Shown here one piece after another: positions 28,801-40,800 of a DNA stretch of 64,000 bases. The stretch covers positions 28,460,001 through 28,524,000 of the forward strand of contig NC_087245.1 in assembly GCF_037042905.1 (NCBI RefSeq), in the 5' to 3' direction. A program made the position numbers and the translations under genes. Every line of letters starts with the position of its first letter. Position 1 is the stretch's first letter. The stretch is from Lytechinus pictus. Taxonomy: Eukaryota. Below the pieces are notes generated by a model that saw only the letters and a program-made list of their open reading frames with translations, had not been told where the DNA came from and did not search any database.

Positions 28801-31800
28801 TTAGATATACATAGTATGAAACACAATTTTTCTCAGGAAACCAAAATAAACATTTTGTGATATCATGATCTTAATGTAAACAGGAACTAGAGATTGTGTG
28901 AAATTCAAGATGATAAGCAAATGTAAATATAAGGTCAAAGGTCTAAATGGCACTGGTTACCAGTACATCAAAGATATTCAACTTGTGTCAATAATTACAA
29001 ATTAGTTAAAGTACATTTACAATCCACCAAATACTTTAACTAAAAATAAAATAAATTGTATTTTATGATTCAGGTGAAAACTGGTTCAGTAATGAGTGAA
29101 ATTAATTAACCTGCAAAATGGAAGAAAAACTGAAATATGAAATAAACATGTATGGAATTCTGTCGGAAGCTGAGTCTGTCACTCTGTCGCTTCAAATAAA
29201 GCAATAATCCCATATATGCGCTTTATCTATGTTGGGGATTTCAGTGTACTTGGATTTCAAATGAATTTCATTATGTTTTCCTTGTTTAAAGTTAATCATG
29301 TTAGAATTTATTGATTTGATATGTGCCCTGTAATAGAAAAGATACAATAAATTGTTTAATTAAGCAAATATATGGCAAAGAGCGCACAAAAAATTACATT
29401 CAATCATGAATATTGAGCGTACGCTGTATCTCTTGATGTCACATTACTGGATCTACATTTACAATGATATTGTGACAAACCAAATTGATTATAAAAGATT
29501 TTAAGATCAAGTCTACCCTAAAATAAATTTGAATTGATTAATGAAAAATTTGAAAAAAACATGACATCTAAAGTTTGATCATGATCAGATGTAAAACAAA
29601 TTGTGATATGATATACACATCCTTAAGGACATGCAAATGAAGGAGTCTACATGTAGGCCTATAATGTCACATAATCACTATATTCTTTATAATGTAATAT
29701 ATGAAATTTAAAAAAAATCAATTTTCCTATGGTTTTTTATGTTTTTTATGGTTTTTTAAGTTTTCTATGTGTAAAGTCATCATTATTCATTTTATGTGAA
29801 TCAATGAAAACCTCACCTCAAGCTATACAAATTAAATATTTGATATTACCTATAAAGATAAAATACAAAGCAAATAATGTGTGATGCCGTAGGCTCTCTC
29901 CTTGGTATACAGGCTAGGATGTGCAAATAAAAGTTTAATGAAAACAGTGGACTGCACAATCGTTGCATCTTTCTTATATAACATCCAAAATACAATTTCA
30001 GTGTTATGCCTGTTTGATTTTTATTTCAATCATATTAAATCAACATTTAACTGGGGTTGATTTAATGACCTTACCTCGACAAACATTCCCTCATGACTGT
30101 AAAATAAGGATTCGGTGAGATGAGAACAATGCATGCTGGGACGTAACACATGACCTGCTCATGGCCTTCTTTCTGATTGTTCTGCACGGTGGTTGACGTC
30201 TTCGGTTCCAAACTGTAAAAATCCTCATCGGGATACTGAAAAGAAATAAGGATTTCTATCAGAATATTCTTCAAATAGCATTCTAAAAACATATTTCTCA
30301 GTTGATTATTGGTATTTACAAATAGCATCATTCAAGAAAATAAAAATCTTTGTAGTTGCAGTTTCTGTCCATATTTTTCAAACAAATATTACATCTACCG
30401 GTATGATTACCAAATGATAAGGATAATTGCTGAATTTTTTAAATAAATAATAATAGTTACATTTGTATAGCGCTTATTACACTTTGTTTTTATTGAATGC
30501 TTTACATTGCAATTATTATTACCCCGGTCATCGGATCCTGACATGCCCGCACACAATGTATGCACTTTCTCCACTCCCTGGGGAGCATTCCAACAAGAGT
30601 TCCAAGACTCAATTGCTAGGCATACTACCTACGTAGGCTTTCGCATCCTACCGGGTACCCATTTAACACCTAGGTGGAGAGTGGCAAAGTGTGGATTAAC
30701 CTCTTGCAAAAGGACGCTAGGCCGTGGTGGGATTCGAACACACGACCCTCTGATTGCAAGGAGAGACCACGACGCTTTAAAGCGCTTTTTCCAGAGGATA
30801 CAAAACATAATTACTATTACCCCAACTGTACTGTACATGTAGCGAAAGCTGCCACCTCTTCGGCAGCATTTTCCATTTTTTTTAATACCCTTACACAGAA
30901 AATCACTGCCCCTAGATTGGAGATTGTTTTGTTTTCATATGGAACTTACCTTGTGCACAATAAATTGTCTATAGAAAGTGAGACATGTTGCATACGATCT
31001 GGTTCCACTGAGACTGGTCAGAACTAGATAATGGAATGATTCCTCTCGCTGACTTTTGCTGACCCTTGCATCACCTAAACCAATGAAACATACAAACATC
31101 AGATAGAAATTTATCTGTTAAAGAGGCAATCAATGACCTCATTAAACAAACACTTATCATCATCCTCTTTCAGAAACTAAGAATCATAATAACAGAGAGA
31201 AAGTTATCTTCTGGAAGCAAAAATGCAATCAACAACCTCATCAAACCAACATTTATCGGTTCTGAAGAAAGATAAAAATATTAGACAAAAAGTTATCTTC
31301 TGTAAGTAAAAATGCAATTAACAACCTCATTAAACCAACACTTATCAAACATCCTTCTTCAGAAACTAAACAAACATAAACAATAGAGAGAACGTTATCT
31401 TCTGTAAGTAAAAATGCAATCAACAACCTCATCAAACCAACATTTATCATACATCCATTTTTTAAACCAAGAAACATATGAACAATGCACTGAGAGTTAT
31501 CTGGTAGATGTAAAAATGCAATCAACAACATCATTAAACCACCAAATAGAAATTACACATACATGTATTTGCATAGTCTGAAAATGATTGGACTTTAACA
31601 AGTGATTATTTGACTCATTATCAGAGAAAAAATTGAACATGGCTGTCATAATAGATCATTAGTATTGGTCTTTCTAATCTGAAATGTTGAAATGTATCAT
31701 TTTTAAAATCTAACAAGAAAATCAAAACAGCTGGTACAAGTGGAACACCTAGCTGGCAGTCTGCACATACTCTCCTTCTCCTCCTCTTTCTTCTTCTTTT

Positions 31801-34800
31801 TCTTTTTCTTCTTCTTCTTCTCCTCATCCTCCTTCTTTTTCTTCTTCTTCTTCTTCTTCTTCTCCTCCTCCTCCTCCTCCTTTTCCTCCTCCTCCTCCTC
31901 CTCCTCCTACTTCTATTTCATTTTCTTCTTCATTGTCTTCTTTTCCTTCTCCTTTGCCTTTGTCTTCTTTTTCATTGTCTTCTACTTCTTTTCCTTCTTT
32001 GTCATCTTACTTCTAGCTCCTTCTTCTTCTCATCATCAATCTCATCAGTATCTTCTAATAAAAGTTATAGAAGAATCAAAATTAGGGAGGATCCTGGGGG
32101 AACAGGTTTACTCCATAAATAATAGGGCAGGTGATGTGTCAGGGAATTAGGAAAATTGGAGGAGACAAAAAAATTTCCCACAAACATTTGATGTAAAGAG
32201 ATTATTTTAACAAGATGATTATCATTAAAATTGATATCATAATTATTACAATTATTATTTATACAATTAGTTTAATGTCAACATATTTCATTTTAATTAT
32301 CATTATCATAATTATCATCATCATCATCATTAGCAGTAGTATTACCACTATATCATTGTTTTGTTTTCTTCGACAGTCAGTGCCAAAAAGGTTTAGTATA
32401 ATTACAGAAAGAACTGAAGCAGAAACATTAAACTATTCAACTTCCTCCCCATAAAATCCCAAAGAAAAACAGGTTTTACTTTCCAAACAGCTAATTAAAA
32501 AAAAACTCTTGAAACAGGAAGTATTTGATAATTATCTTTTACAGGAAATATTTGAGAACTGTCTTGAAAAAAAAAACAATTCTCCTGGGGAGGAAGAAAA
32601 AGGTGAAATGAGTGGCATCCTGAGGGGACAACAACCGGGGACACCACGGCATACATGTACAGTGAAGTATTTAATATTCCATATCCACTTCGTATGACAA
32701 AATGCATGGTAGGAAATCAGTGAAGGAAATAATCTTGATTTTTTTAGGGACTATCATTTTTTCTCATCACATCGGAACGATTGCTACAATTTTTTTTTTT
32801 TTTCTTTCATCTCAAGGGCTGATTTTTTTGCTCAATGAGCAACTATGCTATACAGTGCATATAAAACAACAAGTGGAATGCCTCTGGCCGTCTCACCTGC
32901 ATCACGCGATTCAATATAGCAGCAGTGCTGATTTTGAAAACTACTATAACTCGCACAAGATGTTCAGTGATACTTGGTTACTCTTATTTCCATGTTTTAT
33001 GAACTAGACCAATACACTTATAGAGATATGATGGCAATTCAACAAATACCCCCATTATGGCCAAAGTTCATTGACCTTACATGACCTTTGACCTTGATCA
33101 TGTGACCTGAAACTCGCACAGGATGTTCAGTGATACTTGATTAGTCTTATGTCCAAGTTTCAAGAGTCAGATCCATCAACTTTCAAAGTTATGATGGTAA
33201 ATCAACAGATACCCCCATTATGGCCAAAGTTCATTGACCTTTGACCTTGGTCATGTGACCTAAAATGTGCACAGGATGTTCAGTGATACTTGATTACTCT
33301 TATGTCCAAGTTTTATGAACTAGACCAACACACTTTCAAAGTTATGGCTGTAATTCAACAAATACCCCAATTTGGCCAAAGTTCATTGACCCTAAATGAC
33401 CTTTGACCTTGATCATGTGACCTGAAACTTGCACAGGATGTTCAGTAATACTTGATTACTATTATGTCCAAGTTTCATGAATAAGATTCATAAACTTTCA
33501 AAGTTATGATGGTAATTCAACAGATACCCCCAATTCGGCCAAAGTTCATTGACCCTAAATGACCTTTGGCTTTGGTCATGTGACGTGAAACTCATGCAGG
33601 ATGTTCAGTGATACTTGATTAACCTTATGTATAAGTTTCATGAACTAGGTCCATATATTTTCTAAGTTATGATGACATTTCAAAAACTTAACCTTAGGTT
33701 AAGATTTTGATGTTGATTCCCCCAACATGGTCTAAGTTCATTGACCCTAAATGACCTTTGACCTTGGTCATGTGACATGAAACTCAGGCAGGATGTTCAG
33801 TAATACTTGATTAACCTTATGGCCAAGTTTCATGAACTAGGTCCATATACTTTCTAAGTTATGCTGTCATTTCAAAAACTTAACCTCAGGTTAAGATTTG
33901 GTGTTGACGCCGCCGCCGCCGCCGCCGTCGCCGCCGTCGGAAAAGCGGCGCCTATAGTCTCACTCTGCTATGCAGGTGAGACAAAAACAGGACAGATTTG
34001 AAAAGTCTATAATTTTTTTGTTTCAAATTATGATGTCTATATTTTGGTGTTCATAGGTGCTCTGAGGTCTTATCTTTCAAATGCCATTAAAAAAAAATAG
34101 TTTCGTTCATGCTTGAGCAAACACGGCATGTTTTGTCTGGGGTTAAAAAGGAGGCTTGCGCCAAAATGGCATGAAATTATAAATATGATGATCGGACTTC
34201 TTGCTAATCAGCAGACTTCCTCTTAATCTTTTCATTATCTTTGCCAGAATTTTCAAATTATGCAGTCAAAATTCATTTAAAATCTATTTATTTGCTTGAA
34301 TTGTTCTGGTGTTGTTTCTTTTTAATATGTTATCTTTTAGCTTTGAATATTCCTTCTTCAAGCAAAAACAATTTTTGGGAGAGCGTGTATTTTTTTTCAA
34401 ATCCTTTCATTGTGTGCTACAAAGGTTATGGTGCCTTTTGAACTGTGCCATGCAGATAGGCGGGGGCTCGGGGATGCTCCCCCCCCCCCCCTCAATTAAA
34501 AAAAATCATGACCAAGAAAAAAAGTGGAAAGGAAATCAAAGGAAAGATAAAAAGTAAAATATATTTTTTTATGATTATGTCAAAATCTATCACAAAATCT
34601 GGTATTGTAATAAAAAAGTGGGAATATTTGCGTGCTCGCCTCGCTCACAACTTTTTAATACATTTTACCCGATCTGCCATATATATACATGTAGCTCCTT
34701 CAAAATTGACTCAGTAAACAATTGCCATTGAAAGATATGAATCCCTTCCTGTTTGTCCTGTCAAGCATATGATTAAACTTGGTCAAGGAATCAATAACCC

Positions 34801-37800
34801 CTTGAAAAATTGATTCATGTCTTTTAAAGGTACCATAACATAATTTGTTTCACAAAATAAAAGGATTTGAATAATTTCAAGTTTTCCCAATTAATAATGC
34901 AAATCTTCTTGCTTGGGTTGACAAAAAGTCTTCATTTCTTACTTATGAAGGATAATGAAAGGTAAAAGAAGTTTTAATGAAAAAACAAAATAATTCAAGT
35001 AAATAAATAAATTTGTTAATAAAATTTGACAGCATAATTTGAAAATTATGGCACAGATAATGAAAAGGTTAAGAGGAAGTCTGCTGATTAGCGAGAAGTC
35101 TGATCATCATATTACTCATATTCTGCCATTCTGGCGCAAGCCTCTTTTTGAACCCCCGAAAAAAAACGTCCTGTGTTCGCTCAAGCATGAACAAAATTTA
35201 TTTTTTAAATTGCATTTCAAAGATAAGATTTCAGAGCATATATTAACATCAAAATATAGATATCATAATTTGAAACAAATTTTTTTATAGACTTCAAAAC
35301 TGTCCCGTTTTTTTTATACGCACTGTAGTATGAAGGAATATCCCATAATTCTGCTGAATGCTTAAAGGAGAATGAAACTCTAGAGGAGCAAGTTAGCTTT
35401 TGTGAAAGCAGAAAAATCAAAGAATAAGATCAACAAAAGTTTGAGTAAAATATGACTAGCAATAGAAGAGTTATGAGCATTTGAATGTCGAGATCACTAA
35501 TGCTATGGAGATCCTCCCATTGGCGATGTGACCAAGATCTATGATGTCACAGATGAACAACTCTCCCCTTTTGGACACTGAAAATATACCCCAAAACATC
35601 TCTTTTTGCTCATTCTAATCATATGACAAAAGATTCATCAATGATATAATGTTGTGAAACCTCTGTACTTGTCCTCTCATAAAGAGAACACCTCACCTTG
35701 TGATAGACTCTATAAAAGTGAGAATATAAGTGAAATAAGTACTGAAGTAATGAGGAAGTTGTACATGTGTGACATCACAGATCTTGGTCGCATTGCCAAT
35801 GGGAGGATCTACATGGCATTAGTGATCTCAATATTCAAATGCTCATAACTTTCTTATTATTCATTCAATCTTCCTCAAACTTTCAACAATATGTTTCTTT
35901 GATTTTTCTCTTTGATATGGATTCAGCTGGTTTCAAGGGTTTCATTCTCCTTTAATGATTTTCTAAATTTCTTATATATACTGTTGTGGCAGATCTTGTT
36001 GCAACTTAAAGTTGAATTAAGAAGACGATTCCAAATATTGAGATATTTACATTAATAGCAACCTTACAACCCCCCAAACACTAAGAGGTGATTCGACCCC
36101 CCATTTTCTTTTTTCAAAATAGTGAATTTGAACGATTTATCCCTACCCATTTTCCCTGAGTTCGCTCCTGCAATGCCTACCGAGACGGGTGTTCTTTGAG
36201 TGTGACGTCACCGGGGGGTATTCGGTCTCGGTGTAGTAAACAAGGCAGTGCCGCTTTGTGTACTATGCACGTACGCCTTCATATGGAATAACTGCAGTTG
36301 AAGTTGTATCTGCGAGCCATAGAACTTGCAAAGAGGAAATGATTAAAATATTTGTGGCCGTACTATTATTCCAAATATGTAAATTCCCTCAGAATGATAC
36401 CATAGACCCTAAAGGAATAATTTCAAGGTGAATAATATGAAATTTGATCGAGATCTTCTCACCAGTCGATAACGTAGCAGACGTGTTATTATGACATATT
36501 TATCCGCGTGTGACGCGGCTCTTGCAAAAAAACACAGTTGGTTGCGGAATTGCTTTGTGCCGACCGGCCCCCCGCTCCGGCGCAGCTAGCTGTCGAGCTA
36601 CCGTACCGCATACCTTTCTTGTTTTCTTCAACCATAGATATGTATACTAATTACTATAATATCCCTCTGTCTTCAACTCACTTGCGAATTGCGTTTGTAT
36701 GTGTGACGGTGACCCCTAGCGTAATTAAATATAGAAAACAACTCAGAAGGCCGAGAAAGAATAATACGTTTGGTTCAAGATTGTTCTGTGGAATGAGCTA
36801 TGAGTGGAAATGATCCAGAGGATATAAAAGTGGAGTCAAAGACAAAAGAAAAGAAGAAAAAACGCCAGGGGATCGCTGCACGGCCATGAACTAAGTCGAC
36901 GTACCAGACCATAACAGTTAACAGTACACTCAATGCCTGGGTGTTGTGTCTACTAGTATTATGCGTTCAGCGCGCGCTGAGCTAGCCGCCGGAATTACTT
37001 TCCAGCTATTCACTTGATTGAACATCGTGATAAAATAAATGAGAAATAGTGAAAATATCATTCAATAACTCACTGTTTGCTATCTTACATCATGATTGAA
37101 GAGTTCATGATGGTTATTCATACTGTTTTTTATACAGGGAAAGTAAAGATTTGTACATATCAGTCCTATTTGTTTGATTTGAGTTGCTTTGAAAAAAAAT
37201 TGTAAAATATCTTTCTCTCTCTGCATAGCATTTCTGTATGACATTCAGGCACCTCTTATACTAAATTCCCCCCGGTGACGTCACACTCCGAGTGGCTTTT
37301 CTGTACACTCGTCTCTCGGGCTCTGACAGGTGGCTAATTTCATAGACTTTCAAAGCAAAATATCGAGAAGGCAGAGGATTTTTGTGACATGCTATCTGTT
37401 TGAACAACTTATATATACTATATATTGTGTGTAGAATCTATATTTATGGAAACTCACCCCCTTCTTAATTCAACTTTAAGAAAAGATGGCCACCCCAAAG
37501 CATTCCAATTTTGCAAAATTTAGAGGTGATTTGGGCTTCTTGGGGGGCAGCTTGGCTATTTTAGGGGCAGAATCACCATTCACCCTATTTCCTATACACT
37601 GGAAGTATATTTTCGAAACTGTCAACCAATAATGAAAATTGAATGTGGCGCAAACTTCGCAAAGACACAAACACTTGTAAAGATCTTTTTACACATCAAA
37701 ATACAGGATGAGAGAAGTTTAGTACAATCTTATACAGTACTTCAGTACATGCATTACTTTGGATCGAATTCAATTCTTAAAACAGCAGGTACACCATGGA

Positions 37801-40800
37801 TGTGTCGAGAGACTTGTACTCTCTGTAGCCTACAAGATAACCCCAAATATGAGTAATTGGAGATGATTAGAATTTGGAGACGATATACACCACTGATCTG
37901 AAGATAATCAGGTATTAATGGATAATCCTTTCATCTGTGAAGGTCAACCATACATGTATGCATGGTTGCCCCACTAATGAAAATCTCATGATTCAATCAT
38001 GGATGTCTGTAGTGATGAGTTTTTCCCATGGGCTTCTTGTGTTGCTATGCCTTTATTCCATCTTATTAATAACCCCCCCCCCAAAAAAAAAAAAATGAAG
38101 ACTTGAAAAGATGTTTGGACATCTTGCCTTTTTGTTCTTACCACTTTTGACAACATTTAACACATCACAACACGCAAACATAGAATCTTAACCTACTTGT
38201 GGTAAATAATAAATGTTGTGATAAAGCAAAGAGCTCACACAATTCAAAATAGAGTTTAGAAAATATATCAACCAACAAGGCCCCCTGAAAAAATGAAAAT
38301 AAAGGAGAAATGAAAAATTAAGGTGATACTATTTGGTACCACATTATGACGTATTTAAGACTTCACAAGCAATTTAGCAACTATGACAGAGGAATATTAG
38401 AGAGATAAATAATTACTTTACAAAATCTGAGCAACCACAGAACAAGATGAGATCAAAGATTTTTGAAGACTATGGCAGCAATGGGAATAGCAAGAATTAG
38501 GAAGGAATATGACAGAGAAAAAGACGGAAGGGGAGGAGGTTCAGTGTTTCAGAGGGAGAGAGAGGGGGGATTGGCAGCAGCCAATATCAATAAAATGTTG
38601 AAAATATTTCAAATAGGAGGCCTGTAGTAGTATCACAGACTGAACAAAGTAATGAGCAAGAAAATACTTGGAAACTACTTCAAATATATGGGTTCTTTGC
38701 ATTGACAACTTTTGGGGGAACCCTCTTGATTCTTCCTATCAGATGGATCAAACTGTGAAAACAGAATAATCAAAGAAACAAAGTAATGAAAATTCAAGGA
38801 AAATTGAACATATCATAAGATAATAAAGAGCATTTGATTGTTGAGATCACTGATGATGTGGGCATAGGAATTCCTCCCATTGGCAATGTAACCAATGTGA
38901 TGTCAGTCACACTTGTACAACTCCCCAATTACCTTTCTAAATTTTCACTTTAATTGTGACTTTAATCAAGTCTATCCATGGCCCATCTAAAAATGTAGGT
39001 GTTTTGTTTTCTTTTGTTTTTATCAGACGGCATGTTCCACAAAGACTTTGTATTATCCCTCAGAATAAGCAACAAAAAAGAGAGAGATTGGGGGGGGGGG
39101 GTATATTATAAGTGTACAAAGGGGACAGTTGTACTTGTGTGACATCACGAATCTAGGTCTCATTGCAAATGAGAGCATTTAGATTTCAACATTCAAATGT
39201 TCATAACTCCTTATTTTTGGTCCGATTGTTTTCATACTTTATTTGATTTTGCTGTTTTCACAGTACAAGCTAAAGGTTCCAAAGGTTCCATTCTCCTTCA
39301 GAGGTTCAGCAGGATCTTGATCACTTTATTTTATAAACTCCCCAATGAAATGCATTTCACTAAAAAGATGACATTTGCAAGTACTGTAACAAAGAATCTA
39401 CACTATACAGTATACATACAAATATGCTAAATAATAAATATATGCTAATAATTTCCATATACTTTATGGCAAACTGCCAAGGACAAGGCTGTGCCTCAAG
39501 CTTGTCATCTCTACATAGTTCATCTTAAGATGCTGAATTAAGATTGTTCATAAAATATTCTTAACGGGAGATGGGTGGAGACGGGCAAACAATAATAGAT
39601 GATTCTTACCAGGGAAGCACAGTGGAGGAAGTGAATTGATCATCTCCTGATTGTAAGAGAGAGGAAGCGCACGGGGCTTGATGGACAGCCTCCTCGCCAT
39701 GCGTCTCTGACGTACGTAGGGGAATCCTCCCGGGCTGAAGTCCCTTCCAGGGGGCGTGACCACAGGGGTCCGGGGGTACTCGCTGTACCCATCATTAAGG
39801 AGAGATTTATTCTGGGGGAAGACGGCCATCTGACGCGTCAGCACGGCCAGAACTTGTGGCTCAAAGATGCTGGAAAATATTGGCATTCCGTCTCCACCGC
39901 CTCGGAAATTGAACTATCAAGAAATAAAAGACAAGGACATTTATCAAAACCACACTTGGTACCGTATTGTAATATTTTGTTGAAAGATTTCTGTTTCAGT
40001 ATTAAAAATGCATTAGATTTTCAATAAACTTTTCCGAGTCCTTCTTGAAATAAACACCCCAAACAGGTGTTTATAAAAAAAATGTTGTTATCACTGGTTT
40101 GAGTCATTAAAAGTTTCTATAGGCCTACAATTTCCCTTTCCAATAAAAACAATATTACTATTTGACCCAAAGTATAATTCAAAATTGAAATGTAGAAATC
40201 AACTGTCATATAATGAGTCCACCTCATTTTATTAACTAGTAAAAAAGAAGCTAATTTAATAATAATATTCAATGAAGGAGGCAAACTCTTCTTTAATCAT
40301 TTTAATTAACATTAATATTAATAACATGTCTGTATTTTTTAGCTTTGCAAAACAAATTCAGAAGATAAGAATAAAGTTTTGCTTCTTTAATTTTTATTAA
40401 AGCTTAATTTTAAGCTTAATAAATTAAATTAATACCTGAGAAGCAGACATCGACTTCTTGGCAACTTTCAATCCAGTGTCATCATCCATCCCCACAACAA
40501 CACACATCTCGATGAGAGCATTTGGTAGTTTGGGAGTAGCCACTGGGTTTGCTGGACTCAGTAGAGAGGCAGGAATCACCGGAAGCTGTAGGCTAGACAT
40601 GCCGCTGTTCGGGGCTAAACTCACGCTGCTTGTCAACTTCGGTCGGGTACCACTTGAAGTGGTGGATGACGACGTGAAATCCTTTGCACTCTGTCTCCAT
40701 TTATTCAGCAAACGGAGAGTAGGAACGATGGCCCCGAGTTTATCCCCAGCTTCGTTGTTGTGTATGTCGTCTGCACTGTGACTTTTCTCGTTGTGTTGCT

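Noticed and set aside
31621..32454. Poly-Arg, poly-Phe/Ser and poly-Ile ORFs
   Set aside because: Simple-repeat artefacts
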